From: Macrostomum lignano
Taxonomy: Eukaryota
Reading direction: 5' to 3'
Assembly: GCA_002269645.1 (NCBI GenBank)
Contig: NIVC01003910.1
Location: forward strand, 6,117-70,116
DNA length: 64,000 nt
Part shown: one piece after another, positions 1 to 15,000 of the stretch
Layout of the letters: every line of letters begins with the position of its first letter
Position numbering within the stretch: position 1 is the stretch's first letter
Made by a program: the position numbers and the translations under genes
The notes under the pieces: model-generated
Told to the model about the DNA's origin: nothing
Database searches by the model: none
The model's input: the letters and a program-made list of their open reading frames with translations, nothing else

Positions 1-370
1 CATCAATCAGATGCACCCGAACACCAATCAGCCACACCCGGACACCAACCAGACACACTCAGACACCAATCAGACACACCCAGACACCAATCAGACACAC
101 CCGGACACCAATCAGACACACCCGGACACCAACCAGACACACCCGGACACCAATAAGACACACCCGGACACCAATCAGACACACCCGGACACCAATCGGA
201 CACACCTGGACACCAATCAGACACATCCGGACACCAATCAGACACACCCGGACACCAACCAGACACACCCGGACACCAATAAGACACACCCGGACACCAA
301 TCAGACACACCCGGACACCAATCGGACACACCTGGACACCAATCAGACACACCTGGACACCCATCAGATG
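1..370. repeat. Minisatellite, 21-bp GACACCAATCAGACACACCCG (laminin intron)
   Basis: Direct tandem copies. Confidence 0.95.
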
Positions 371-425
371 CAATAATCACCGCTGCACTCAAACGCCCCG
401 TCCACCCGCGCTCCCCCGCTGTCAG

Positions 426-3000
426 CTGCACCTGCAAGCCGCTGGCTGTGGGCTCCGGCTGCTCCCGCTGCCCCAGCGGCTCCCGGGACCTGGCGGCCGG
501 CCGCTGGCTCGGCTGCCTGCCCTGCGGCTGCGACACCGCCGGCTCCCTCGGCCCGAACTGCGTCGCCGCGCCCGACGGCGTCGGCAGCGTCTGCGCCTGC
601 CTAAACGACTCGGTGGCTGGCCGCCTGTGCGACCGGCCAGCGTCCGAGCACTTCTGGCCGGGCCTCGGACAGCACCGAATCGAGCTCGAGACCTCCGCTC
701 GAATCCCATCGTCGCCGGCCGACGCCCCCAACGGCGCCAACGGGACGGCGCCGCAGCTGCGCTACGCCTTCAACGCAACGCAGTTCCCCGGCTTCTCCTA
801 CCTCGGCTACGTGCCGCTCGACAAGCCGCAGCCTGCCGTGGAGCTCGAACTCGCGACCGTCAGCCCAGGGCCGGGGCCGCAGCGCCTCGCCATCCGCTAC
901 CTGGCGGCCGGCTTCCAGCCCGCCGGTGCCAACGACACCGCCGCCGGTTTTGCCCTGCGTGTGTCCGCGGTCGGCGGCCGGCAGCTGGCCAGCGTGCCCG
1001 TCGGAGCTCCCGCCGATGCCGGCGCCGCCTCCACGGCCACCGTGGAGCTGCCGGACGCCGGGAACCTCACTCTGCGGCTGGAGCTGGCCGACCCCGACGG
1101 CCGCCTCGCCCAGGAGGCGCTGCTGATCGACTGGCTGGAGCTGACGCCGGCCGAGCTGCTGACCGGCCAGGCCTGCGCGGCCGTCAGCCCGCCGCCCTGC
1201 CCGAGTTCAGCCGCCAACGACTTCGTTGTCTGCTCGGAGTTCGAGCTGCCCATGCTGGACGACAAGTTCAGGCTGGTGAGGCTGCACAGGGTTCGATAGG
1301 GTGCTTTCAGAACCTCATAGAAACTGCACAAACTGGAAAGTAGCAAGCCCTCAGGCCGTAGCCCTCAGGCTGTAGCCCTCAGACCGTAGCTCTCAGACAG
1401 TAGCCCTCAGACCGTAGCCCTCAGACAGTAGCCCTCAGACAGTAGCCCTCAGGCTGTAGCCCTCAGGCCGTTGCCCTCAGGCCGTAGCCCTCAGGCCGTA
1501 GCCCTCATGCTGTAGCCCTCAGGCCGTAGCCCTCAGGCCGTAGCCCTCATGCTGTAGCCCTCAGGCCGTAGCCCTCAGGCCGTAGCCCTCAGGCCGTAGC
1601 CCTCAGGCCGTAGCCCTCAGGCCGTAGTCCTCAGCCCTGAACGGTGACTAATCCTGAACATTCCCACACGCACATCCCGCAGGAGTCCTCAGCCGAGCAG
1701 CGGTCCCTGACGGCGGACTCGGAAGTCGTCCTGGCGCTGAGCGTTACCCGTCCTGGGGGCCGCTTCCTGCTGCTGGACTTCGTCAGCGACGGGCCCGGAG
1801 GCCACACAGTGGTCCTGCGGGTGGGCGACAACAGCCTGGAGTTCCAGCTGCCCGCCTGCCCGAACTCCAAGCCCTGCCGGCACCCCGCCAAGAGAAGCAG
1901 CGCCCCCGACCTGCCGGCAGAGCTGGCGCTGAAGGCAGCCGACACGGAGATCCGCCTGCAGCTGCTGTCTGGGCCCGGGCTCAGCCTGGTGAGGCCGCCT
2001 GTGTGACAGTGCTGTGTGACAGTGCTGTGTGACAGTGGTGTGTGACAGTGCTGAGGCTGTGGCACTACTGTGTGACAGTGCTGTGTGACAGTGGTGTGTG
2101 ACAGTGGTGTGTGACAGTGCTGAGGCTATGGCACTACTGTGTGACAGTGCTGTGTGACAGTGTGATCGCACAAATCAGTTGCAGCCGCCTCCCCGCACCG
2201 CAGAGAGCCGTGTACACCATTCCGCTAAGCCGCTGGTCGCCGCGGATGCTGGAGTCCCGCATCGCCCGCTACCGCCTGCCAGACGTCGCCGGCACCGGCC
2301 GCCCCCGCGCCGCCATCGCTCCGGCCTGGGAGGCGCCGCAGGCAGCTGCCGGCCAGCCGCGCCCAGTCGCCGATGGCGGGCAGCCGCCGCCTCCGCCGCC
2401 TCCGCCTGGGCAGCCGCTGGAGCTGTCGGCGGGCGCGGCGGCGACCGTCAGTCTCCGGTTTGCTGACTCGGCCGACTCCGCTGCCCCCACTCGCTACCGC
2501 GCCTTCGCCATGGTGCGCCAGAAAGGCTCCGGCTTTGCCGACAGGCTGCCGGTGCTCAACGTCACCCTGACGGCCCCCACAACCGAGTCCGTCCGCAGCT
2601 CCGTGGCGCTGCAGTTCTGCGCCGCCGAGGCCGGCTGCCCTGTGGACATCGGCGAGATGCTGCGGCTGCCCGGAATCAACGAAGTGACCGCCGAGATCCG
2701 GGCGGAAGGAGACGCGACTCTGCTTTTGGTGAGCGCTGCTGTCTGTCTGGGGGGGTTGCTGCTGTGTCTGTGAGGCCTGCTATGTCTGTAAGGACTGCTG
2801 TGTCTGTGAGGGTTGCTGTGTCTGTGGATGGGCTGCTGCTGTCTTTCAGTGTCTGTCCACTTCAGCTTTACTGCCACCGCCACCCTTTTGAAGTTCTCCG
2901 CCTTCCTTACAACTTCGGAGGCACCGCTGCCGCAAAGCCCTGTCCGACTGGGCGCCACGTTCCGCCAAGACTGCCTGCTGGCTGACGAGCTGGAAGTCCG
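426..3000 (+). CDS. LAMA5: Laminin block: LE repeats then alpha3/5-specific globular insert (4 exons)
   Basis: CTCKPLAVGSGCSRC...CDRPASEHFWP, RAVYTIPLSRWSPRMLESRI, QFCAAEAGC; characteristic of alpha3/5 short arms. Confidence 0.8.
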
Positions 3001-6000
3001 GTGAGACCTAATGACGGCAGCCAATTCTCAATGACCACATCCAATGCTCAATGACCACATCCAATGCTCAATGACCACATCCAATGCTCAATGACCTCAT
3101 CCAATGCTCAATGACCACATCCAATGCTCACTGACCACATCCAATGCTCAATGACCTCATCCAATGTTCAATGACTTCATCCAATGTTCAATGACTTCAT
3201 CCAATGTTCAATGACTTCATCCAATGTTCAATGACTTCATCCAATGTTCAATGACTTCATCCAATGTTCAATGACTTCATCCAATGTTCAATGACTTCAT
3301 CCAATGTTCAATGACTTCATCCAATGCTCAATGACCACATCCAATGCTCAATGACCACATCCAATGCTCAATGACTTCATCCAATGCTCAATGACCACAT
3401 TCAATGCTCAATGACCACATTCAATGCTCAATGACCTCATCCAATGCTCAATGACCACATCCAATGCTCAATGACCACATCCAATGCTCAATGACTTTAT
3501 CCAATGCTCAATGACCTCATCCAATGCTCAATGACCACATCCAATGCTCAATGACCACATCCAATTCTCAATGACCACATCCAATGCTCAATGACCACAT
3601 CCAATGCTCAATGACCACATCCAATGCTCAATGACCTCATCTAATGCTCAATGACCACATCCAATGCTCAATGACTTTATCCAATGCTCAATGACCTCAT
3701 CCAATGCTCAATGACCACATCCAATGCTCAATGACCACATCCAATGCTCAATGACCACATCCAATGATCAAAGACCTCATCCAATGCTCAATGACCACAT
3801 CCAATGCTCAATGACCACATCCAATGCTCAATGACCACATCCAATGCTCAATGACCTCATCAAACCTGCAGGCGCTCGGACCCGCTGTGCTCCCGCTGCC
3901 TGCAGCAGGCCAGCGTAACCTACAACAAAGGCTACAGGCCCTGCCAGTGCCACCCGCAGGGAGCCTTGAACAAGACCTGCGACCCGCTGTCTGGCCAGTG
4001 CAGTTGCCGCGGCATCACGGTTGGCCGCACCTGCGACCGATGCCCCATCGGCTACTTCAGCTTCCCGGAGTGCAAGAGTGAGCAGATGGCGAAGAGAAGT
4101 GCTCGGGAGTCTGGGAGTCAGGAGACTGGGTGTCGGATCCACTGGGTGTCAGGAGAATGGGTGTCAGGAGACTGGCTGTCAGGACACTGGGTGTCAGGAG
4201 ACTGGGTGTCAGGAGACTGGTTGTCAGGAGTCTGGATGTCAGGAGTCTGGGTGTCAGGAGACTGGCTGTCAGGACACTGGGTGTCAGGGCCCACTGGGTG
4301 TCAGAAGTGTGGCTGTCAGGAGACTGATTGTCAGGAGTCTGGGTGCCAGAAGACTAGGTGTCAGGGCCCACTGGGTGTCAGGGCCCACTGGGTGTCAGGG
4401 CCCACTGGGTGTCAGGGAGACTGGTTGTCAGGAGTCTGGATGTCAGGAGTCTGGGTGTCTGGAGACTGGTTGTCAGGACACTGGGTGTCAGGGCCCACTG
4501 GGTGTCAGGAGACTGGCTGTCAGGAGACTGATTGTCGTCAGGAGTCTGGGTGTTAGAATACTGGGTGTCAGGACACTGGGTGTCAGGACACTGGGTGTCA
4601 GGACACTGGGTGTCAGGACACTGGGTGTCAGGACACTGGGTGTCAGGACACTGGGTGTCAGGACACTGGGTGTCAGGACACTGGGTGTCAGGACACTGGG
4701 TGTCAGGACACTGGGTGTCAGGACACTGGGTGTCAGGACACTGGGTGTCAGGACACTGGGTGTCAGGACACTGGGTGTCAGGACACTGGGTGTCAGGACA
4801 CTGGGTGTCAGGACACTGGGTGTCAGGACACTGGGTGTCAGGACACTGGGTGTCAGGACACTGGGTGTCAGGACACTGGGTGTCAGGGGCCACTGGCTGT
4901 GAATGTCAGATGAAGCTGTGGTTGTCAGATAAAGCTGTGGATGTCAGATGAAGCTGTGGATGTCAGATGAAGCTGTGGGTACAGCGAAATTCAACAGGCT
5001 GCATATTGAATTTCGATACATATCGGCTAACCGCCGCAGAGTGCGACTGTCCGGGCGGTCTGCTGTGCTCGGAGCCGGACGGTGAGTGCATCTGCCCCAG
5101 AAACGTGGCCGGCAAGAAGTGCGACCGTTGCGAGCCCGGAAACTACGGCTACAACGTGGTCACCGGCTGCATGGTGAGAGGCGGGGCTGCTGCCGGAGAT
5201 GCCAAAGGGGGAGCAGACGCCGGGTAACGAAACTCCGCCTTCCAATTTCAGCCCTGCCGCTGCAACTCGCTTGGCACAACTAACGGCTCGGCCGCCTGCG
5301 ACCTGGTGACGGGACAGTGCAGGTGAGCGGCGAATGAAGGGGAGAATAAGATCAGAGATTGGAACAGAGACTAGAGTAGAGCAGAGACTGAAGCAGAGAC
5401 CGGAGCAGAGACTACAGCAGACACTAGACCAGACACTAGAGCAGAGACTAGAGCAGAGACTAGAGCAGAGACTAGAGCAGAGACTAGAGCAGAGACTAGA
5501 GCAGAGACTAGAGCAGAGACTAGAGCAGAGACTAGAGCAGAGACTAGAGCAGAGACTAGAGCAGAGACTAGAGCAGAGACTAGAGCAGAGACTAGAGCAG
5601 AGACCAGAGCAGACACTAGAGCAGAGTCTCCCCTGCTCCAAACCCGGCAGCTGCGGCGAGAACATCGCGGGCCAAAAGTGCAGCCACTGCAAGCGCGGCC
5701 ACTTTGCCTTTCCGAGCTGCGAGAAGTGCAACTGCACCTCCGAGGGCGTCACCGAGGAGATCTGCAGCGCGGAGTCTGGCGCCTGCGCCTGCAAGGTGAG
5801 CTGCGGGGATACAGGATACACGTGGATACACACTTCTATTGTGGCCGCTTGAAGGGTAGAGTGGCGCCAAGGTGCTACAAGGGTAGAGTGGCGCCATGGC
5901 GCTACAAGGGTAAAGTGGCGCCAAGGTGCTACAAGGATAGAGTGGCGCCAAGGCGCTACAAGGGTAGAGTGGAGCCAAGGCGCTACAAGGATAGAGTGGC

Positions 6001-9000
6001 GCCAAGGCGCTACAAGGGTATAGTGGCGCCAAGGTGCTACAAGGGTATAAGTGGCGCCAGAAGGCAGCAAAACCCTTAAAATGCTTAAAGCGGCTGTTCT
6101 GGTCTTTCAATTTCTTTGAAAATCCCGATTTTCTAGGAAAACGTGGCCCCGCCCACGTGCTCGAGGTGCAAGGCGGGGTTCTTCAACCTGGACCCGGCGA
6201 ATCCTTCGGGCTGCACCGCCTGCTTCTGCAGCGGCCTGCCGAATGCCACCTGCACCGAGGCCGCCGCCAGGATGGTGACGGTGAGTCTCTGGGGAGACAT
6301 TTTGCTTGAAAGCAGCTTTTTCTGTCACCCTGCCGGTCCCTGTCACCCTGTCTGTCACTCTCACCCTGCCTGTCACTCTCGCTCTGCCTGTCATTCTCAC
6401 CTTGTCTGTCACTTTAGCCCTGTTTTTCACTCTCACCCTGCCTGTCACTCTCACCATGCCTGTCACTTTCACCCTGCCTGTCACTCTCACCCTGTCTGTC
6501 ACTCTCACCCTGCCTGTCACTCTCACCCTGTTTGTCACTCTCATCCTGTCTGTCACTCTCAAGCCACCCGTCACTCGCACTGCCTCCACCCCGGCCCCAC
6601 AGCAATCGGTGAAGCGGCTGGTGCAGCCGCTGCCTTCTGGCAGCTCCGCGCCATCCCAGCAGCTGAACGACGTTCTCTTCTCGCATCCGGCTGGTAGCAA
6701 CTTCGACAGCTCGGCGAACCTGCTGATCCCCGTGGAGCGGCTGACCAACGAGACGGTGCGGCTGTATCTGGGCCGCCTGCGGCTTTCCATGCGGCTGGAG
6801 TTCGATGGGGCGCCTGCGGCTGCTGAGCTGGACAGCTTCCTCACGCTCTGGGTGAGGCTGGGAGTTGGGATAAATTTTCGGTGGGAAAACCGAGAGGAAT
6901 CGAAAAATCTTCAATTGTGAATTGCAGACCAACCAGGGAGGCTCGCTGAGGCACCGCATTGTGCAGGCTGGCCGGACACCCGGCCAGGAGCTCCGAGTAG
7001 AGCTGCTGCTGCACGAGGTGAGTCTCTTGCGTCACTGGGGATTTGCTCAGGTTCTGTATCGCAAGAAAGTCGCTGGCAGTAACTAAGAGTCACTGAGAGT
7101 CACTGAGAGTCACTGAGAGTCACTGAGAGTCACTAAGAGTCACTGAGAGTCACTGAGAGTCACCGAGAATCCCTGAGAGAGTCACTGAAAGTCACTGAGA
7201 GTCACTGAGAGTCACCGAGAATCCCTGAGAGAGTCACTGAAAGTCACTGAGAGTCACCGAGAATCCCTGAGAGAGTCACTGAAAGTCACTGAGAGTCACT
7301 GAGAATCACACAGTCACTGAGAATCACACAGTCACTGATAGTCACAGTCGCTGATAGTCACACAGTCACTGAGAGTCACTGAGAGTGAATGATAGTCACT
7401 AGGGGTCACTGAGAGTCACTGAGGGTTACTTATAGTCACTGAAAGTCTTGAGAGTCACTGAGAGACGCTGAGAGTGATTCTGGGAGAGTATCCATGACCG
7501 GCCGACGCCCGACCCCCGCAGAGTTCGTTCACCAACCAGAACGGGTCGGCGATGTCCCGCCTGCAGTTCCTGAACTTCCTGGCCCGGATGCGCCGCATCT
7601 CTTGGCCGATGGCCGTCGTTGGCAACGTGCGGGCGGTCAGGTGAGCCTCGAGCCCGCGTTAGAGCTGTCATTTTTTGAGAACTTTCAGTGACGAGTTGCA
7701 TTTGTTTTGCAACCGCCAGGCTGCAGGACGCCTCGCTCGAGCTGGCCGAAGTGTCGGACGCGTCCTCGGCTGCCGGCCGGCCCGTCCGGGGCGTGGAGCG
7801 CTGCGCCTGTCCGAAGGAGTTCTCAGGCCTCTCCTGCCAGCTGCCCGGTCGCGGCTTCTTCATCGATACCAGCGGCGGCCGCGACGTGAGCCAGCTGACC
7901 ATCAAGCCCTGCGCCTGCAGCAACCGCTCCGAGCTCTGCGACCCCTTCAGCGGCCAGTGCCTGGTGAGCCCGGGCGACTTGATGACCGAAGAAAATCCCA
8001 ATCCCATCCCGCTTGATCCCATATTCACTCCAGAATCCCATCCCATCACAATCCCATCCCTTCACAATCCCATCCCATCACAATCCCATCCATTCATAAT
8101 CCCATCCCATCATAATCCCATCCCATCACAATCCCATCCCATCACAATCCCATCCCATCACAATCCCATCCCATCAGAATCCCACCCCATCAGAATCCCA
8201 CCTCATCAGAATCCCATCCCATCAGAATCCCATCCCATCAGAATCCTATCCCGTCAGAATCCCACCCCATCATAATCCCACCCCATTCCCAACACACAAG
8301 CACTTTAACTTTCCAGAACTGTCGCGACGGCTTCTACGGCAAGAAGTGCGAGGTCTGCCCGCCGGGTCACGTGATTGAAACCGGGTCCGATAGGAAGACA
8401 ATCTGCCGGCCCTGCCGCTGCCCCGGGCCAGCCGTGTCCAAGTAATATTCCCCGCTTTTCTTTAATTTACTAACAGTAGCACTACTTGCACTTTCTCTCC
8501 TTTTATAAACATTCAGAGAACCCGCCAACCCGACCATTGCAGCAGTAGCCAGTGCCCGCACTTCCTGAACTCCGCGTTGCAAAGATATCCCCGCTGCCCG
8601 AGGAATTTCGCCGAGAGATGCGAAGCGCTTGGTAGCGATATGGATATTTGCACCTGCAAAGAGGGATACGATGGGGTGAATTGTGAGAGGTGAGTTCCTG
8701 TTCGTTATTTACCTCAAATCTGTTTATTGGAATCCTGAACACTGCCTATCAGAGCGGATCGATAAAATAGGGTGGTCGGTGCGTACACTGCCAGTCAGAG
8801 CGGATCGATAAAATGGGGTGGTGGGTGTGTACACTGCCGATCAGAGCGGATCGATAAAATGGGGTGGTGGGTGCGTAAACTGCCGAACAGAGCCGATCGA
8901 TAAAATAGGGTGGTCGGTGCGTACACTGCCAGTCAGAGCGGATCGATAAAATGGGGTGGTGGGTGTGTACACTGCCGATCAGAGCGGATCGATAAAATGG

Positions 9001-12000
9001 GGTGGTGGGTGCGTACACTGCCAGTCAGAGCGGATCGATAAAATTGCAAAAATAGAGGCTACGTACTTGTGCTCAGATTATTAACTTGAAATTAATACTA
9101 GTAGATTAATAATCAGTTTAAACCGAACCCTGCCAGGTGCAAGCCCGGTTACTATGGCGACCCGGCTCGCAACCTGCCCTGCCAACCCTGCCCGTGCAGC
9201 GGCAACATCCTGATGGAGCCGGGCTCCTGTCACAATATCACTGGCGAGTGCCTGCGCTGCCAGAACTCCACTGGCTACTACTGCGAGCTGTGCACCGACT
9301 GGATGTTCGGCGACTCAGTGGACGCGAAGAACTGCACAGGTGAGCCATACTCTCATCCACCCCTGACACTTTTCCGACGGCCCGTGTGTCTGATCGAAAA
9401 GGGTCTAATTAAAGGATATGCAGTGTCAGAGCTGTGTAATACTGTGTCAGACTGTGTCAGACAATGTCAGGCAGTGTCAGACTGTGTCAGACAGTGTCAG
9501 GCAGTGTCAGACTGTCAGGCAGTGTCAGGCAGTGTCAGACTGTCAGGCAGTGTCAGGCAGTGTCAGACTGTCAGGCAGTGTCAGGCAGTGTCAAACTGTG
9601 TCAGACTGTGTCAGACTGTGTTAGACTGTGTCAGACTGTGTCAGGCAGTGTCAGGCAGTGTCAGAGCTGTGTAATACTGTGTCAGACTGTGTCAGACAGT
9701 GTCAGGCAGTGTCAGACTGTCAGGCAGTGTCAGGCAGTGTCAGACTGTCAGGCAGTGTCAGGCAGCGTCAGACTGTGTCAGACTGTGTCAGACTGTGTCA
9801 GACTGTCAGGCAGTGTCAGGCAGCGTCAGACTGTCAGGCAGTGTCAGGCAGTGTCAAACTGTGTCAGACTGTGTCAGACTGTGTCAGACTGTGTCAGACT
9901 GTGTCAGACTGTGTCAGACTGTGTCAGACTGTGTCAGACTGTGTCAGACTGTGTAATACTGTGTAATACTGTGTCAGACTGTGTAATACTGTGTCAGGCA
10001 GTGTCAGACTGTGTCAGACTGTGTAGACAGTGTCAGATAGTGTCAGACTGTGTCAGACTGTGTCAGACTGTGTCAGACTGTGTCAGACTGTGTCAGACTG
10101 TGTCAGACTGTGTCAGACTGTGTCAGACTGTGTCAGACTGTGTCAGACTGTGTCAGACTGTGTCAGGCAGCGAACCCTTCACGCTGCGACTCCCTAATTA
10201 GCGGCAGGTCTCGCAGACCCCGAGCTCAACTCCCCATCCTGCTCCAGGCTGCGCCTGCGACCGCAACGGCACCGTGAAGTGCAACCGGCGCACTGGCGAG
10301 TGTCTCTGCCGTCAGGGCGTCAGCGGCGCCCGCTGCTCCGAGTGCGAGCCCGACCGCTGGGGCTTCGGGTCGGCCGGCGGCTGTCGCGACTGCGGCTGCG
10401 GCAACGCCAGCCTGAGCTCGCAGTGCGACCGCGACACCGGCCTGTGCCAGTGCCGGCCGGGAGTCACCGGCGACAAGTGCGACCGGTGCCTGCCCGGTTA
10501 CTATGGCTACGGACCTGACGGGTGCACAGGTGAGAGGGGGGATTTCAATTTAGGGGTTTGTGATTAAACATTGTGATCTCTGACATTTGGGGTTTAATTG
10601 GGATTTCTGAGTTCGGATTCCAGCATGAGGATTTCTGTGTTTGGATTCCAGCATGAGGATTTCTGTGTTTGGATTCCAGCATGAGGATTTCTGTGTTCGG
10701 ATTCCAGCATGGGAATTTCTGTGTTTGGATTCCAGCATGAGGATTTCTGTGTTTGGATTCCAGCATGAGGATTTCTGTGTTTGGATTCCAGCATGGGAAT
10801 TTCTGTGTTGGGATTCGCGCCTTGGGAATTAAATTTTGGGATTTCAATATCAATTTTCTCAAATTCCAAATGGGAGTCTCCAAGTGAAGATATCCCATCA
10901 GTCTGAGGAATTCTTTACCGGGATCTGGCCAGCCCATAACGGAATCCCACGCCGCCCGCGCCCCCAGAGTGCACCAGCTGCATCGGCGCGAACTTCGCCG
11001 GCTGCGACAATGTCACGGGCCAGTGCCAGTGCGTCGACGGGGTCCGCGGCGAGCGGTGCGACATCTGCCGGCGCGGCTGGCTGAACACCCCGCAGGGCGG
11101 CTGCAAAGTCTGCGACAGCTGCATCTTCATGCTGATCGACAGCACCGACTCCGCCAACTCCAGTCTGCAGCGGCTGCGGGCCGACCAGGCCGCGGTGCTC
11201 AACGGCAGCGAGCTGGAGCGGCTGCTGGTGCGGATCGACTCGGAGCTGCAGCAGTTCGATGTGAGGCTGCTCAGTGTCATGATGGCGAAACCGCCCCCCC
11301 TCTTTAGTATAGGAAGCCTTTACTCATATGTTCTCTTCATTTAGGCGCTTACATCACTCATTTCAGCGCTTACAGCAATCATTTCGGTGCTTACAGCAAT
11401 CATTTCGGTGCTTACAGCAATCATTTCGGTGCTTACAGCAATCATTTCGGTGCTTACAGCAATCATTTTGGCGCTTACATCACTCATTTCAGCGCTTACA
11501 GCAATCATTTCGGTGCTTACAGCAATCATTTCGGTGCTTACAGCAATCATTTTGGCGCTTACATCACTCATTTCAGCGCTTACAGCAATCATTTCGGTGC
11601 TTACAGCAATCATTTCGGCGCTTACAGCAATCATTTCAGTGCTTACAGCAATCATTTTGGCGCTTACATCACTCATTTCAGCGCTTACAGCAATCATTTC
11701 GGTGCTTACAGCAATCATTTCGGCGCTTACAGCAATCATTTCAGTGCTTACAGCAATCATTTTGGCGCTTACATCACTCATTTCAGCGCTTACAGCAATC
11801 ATTTCGGTGCTTACAGCAATCATTTCGGCGCTTACAGCACCCATTTAGGCGCTTACAGCATTCATTTAGGCGCTTACAGCAATCATTTCGGTGCTTACAG
11901 TAATCATTTCGGCGCTTACAGCAATCATTTCGGTGCTTACAGCAATCATTTTGGCGCTTACATCACTCATTTCAGCGCTTACAGCAATCATTTCGGTGCT

Positions 12001-15000
12001 TACAGCAATCATTTCAGTGCTTACAGCAATCATTTTGGCGCTTACATCACTCATTTCAGCGCTTACAGCAATCATTTCGGTGCTTACAGCAATCATTTCG
12101 GCGCTTACAGCACTCATTTAGGCGCTTACAGCATTCATTTAGGCGCTTACAGCAATCATTTCGGTGCTTACAGTAATCATTTCGGCGATTACAGCAAGTA
12201 ATTTTGCGCCGCAGCACAGATTTCAGCCTCAAGGATCAGATTTGGCTCGCTTGTTAGTTTCAAAAACTTATCCCACTTCCCCCCTCACCCGCTGTTCCGA
12301 GTATCCCAGTTTTCCTCTTCAGTCCTCTTCCCATTCCCCGCCCTGCAGGCCGAAGCCGCCACCCTCGCCAGCGAAGGAGGTCGCGACGTGGGCCTCGGCC
12401 CGGTGCAGGAGAAACTCGACCAGCTCAGGAAGCGACAGGAAGCCGAAGATGCTCAGGTGAGCTCGCTGGCAGATTCGCCTGTCATTCTGGAGATTTATTT
12501 GAGCTGTGGTATTGAAAACTGGCTAATTCCAGACTCTGGCTCTGATGAAGGACCAGAATGACACCAGAGACCAGGCTGAGGAGGCCCTGACCAGCCTGCA
12601 GTCACTGCAGAACTCCAGCCAGCTGATGGACGCGGATGCAACCGGTGCGTTGGCCCCGACTGAGAGCCACTTCGCCCCTGATCGAATCCATACTCCTGCC
12701 CCCACACACCCCTGCCCCACACACCCCTGCCCCACAATTCCCTGCCCCCACACCCCTGCCCCACAAACCCCTGCCCCACAAACCCCTGCCCCACAAACCC
12801 CTGCCCCACACATTCCTGCCCCACAAACCCCTGCCCCACAAACCCCTGCCCCACAAACCCCTGCCCCACACATTCCTGCCCCACAAACCCTGCCCCACAC
12901 ACCCCTACCCAGCAAACCCTTGCCCATGCCCACTAACCTAAGCCACCAACCGCCCCCATCCCGCAGACTTCCTCCGCCAGCTGGAGGCCAGCAAGTCTCG
13001 CGGCGATGCCTTTGTCAGCCAGCCGGACTATTTGGAGGCCACTCAGCTGCTGGCGAAAAAAACCGAGGACTTCTGGACCCGGAAGAACCGGGTGCTGATC
13101 CCGGTAAAGGACCGGCACAACAGCACCCTGTCGCAGGAGCAGGCCAGTACGTATTGCGAAGTTTAATGCTCCATAAGCTTTGAGCCTGAGTCTGACAGAT
13201 CCCGTAACCCCCACCCAACCCATCAGTGAAAAGTCGGCTGGCCGAGGTGCAGGCCCGGATCAGTGCGGGCGCAGCCGAGGCCGGCTCCCAGTCTCTGGGG
13301 ATCTCCTACGCCTCATCGTACCTGACGGCCGCGCTCAACCTCACTGGAGCTGCGATGGACGGCGCCGGCGCCGCTGATGTCCGGCTGCTTCAGCTGGGCA
13401 CCGAGATCACTGCGCTCAGCACCGCGGCCGAAGGTGACGCGGCGGAGGTCCGGCGCCTTCAAGTCAATGCTGGCGACGCCAACGACCGGTTGAATGCGTC
13501 CTTGGAGGTGAGCAGGGATGTTAGTGGTGCTGATCTGGGATCTCAGAGAGGTTGAGATGGGATCTCATTAGGGTTGAGCTGGGATCTCAGAGAGGTTGAG
13601 ATGGGATCTCATTAGGGTTGAGCTGGGATCTCAGAGAGGTTGAGCTGGGATCTCAGAGAGGTTGAGCTGGGATCTCATTAGGGTTGAGCTGGGATCTCAG
13701 AGAGGTTGAGCTGGGATCTCAATGAGGTTGAGCTGGAATCTCAGAGAGGTTGAGCTGGGATCTCAATGAGGTTGAGCTGGGATCTCAGAGAGGTTGAGCT
13801 GGGATCTCAATGAGGTTGAGCTGGGATCTCATTGAGATAGAGCTGGGATCTCAGTGAGCTTGAGCTGGGATCTCATTGAGGTTGAGCTGGGATCTCATTG
13901 GGGTTGAGCTGGGATCTCATTGAGGTTGAGCTGGGATCTCATTGGGGTTAAGCTGGGATCTCATTGGGGTTGAGCTGGGATGTCATTGGGGTTGAGCTGG
14001 TATCTCATTGAGGTTGAGCTGGGATCTCAGAGAAGTTTAGCTGGGATTCAGGATTTCAGTTGTGACTGAGCAGGGGATCTCAGCCTGAAGTTCACCCAAC
14101 CCCACAGTGGCTGACGAACCTGTCGGAGTCCACCGAGCTGGACGGTCTCCGGGCCCGTGTGTACAAGGCGCACGGCGAGCTCCGCGACCTGTCCAGAAGC
14201 TCCGCCATCGTCGGCGTCCAGCTGGCGCTCCGGCGCTCCCGGCGCGAGGCGGCGGCCGCGATGAACCTGGAGGAGGCGCGGCGGGCCGTGGAGGCCAAGG
14301 TGCAGGACATGCAGAACGTCGACGTCTTCGCGAAGGTCGTGCTCCAGCCGCTGCTGTCAGCCCCCGGCTACCCGCTGCTGCAGACCAGCGGCAGCATGGC
14401 GGTGGCCTCGAAAAAGACCGCCGAGCGGGCGACCTTCCTGGCGAACATGGCCCGGGCGGCGCTGCTGGAGATCGACAACTCCACCCGCCTCCGGCTGGAC
14501 GCCATCAACAACTCCGACTGGGCCCGGGTGGCGGAGAAGCAGGTGCAGGGTGAGTTGCAGGTGCAGGGGGACATAAAAAATTTCAAACCCAGTGTCCCGC
14601 CAATCGCTACTTGCCTCAGTAGCAGACGCAGTCCCGCCCCCTCCCGCATCCGCCCCCCGCAGCCGTGGCCGACAAGGTGCGGGAGAAGAGCCTCCAGATC
14701 AACGAGCTTAACTCCCGGGCCCTGCAGTTCCGACAGCCGAAATTTTCTACCGAAGCCGACGCGGTGGTGACGGAGCTCGGGGAGACTGCGGACTCGGGTG
14801 AGTGAGTGCGGCTGGGAGTGATATCACTCCTGAGAACCTGAGTGAGATCACTCCTGAGACCTGAGTGAGATCACTCCTGAGAACCAGAGTGAGATCACTC
14901 CTGAGAACCTGAGTGAGATCACTCCTGAGACCTGACTGATATCACTCCTGAGAACCTGAGTGAGATCACTCCTGAGAACCCGAGTGAACTCACTCCTGAG

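Noticed and set aside
4021-4951. Long periodic ORFs (PDTQC)n, (SGHWV)n and similar ones at 3-740, 5334-5852, 9464-10201, 11328-12121, 31469-32079, 38323-39173, 45368-47168, 48104-48883
   Set aside because: Translations of intronic or intergenic tandem arrays, open in several frames and on both strands; flanking exons splice around them in phase.
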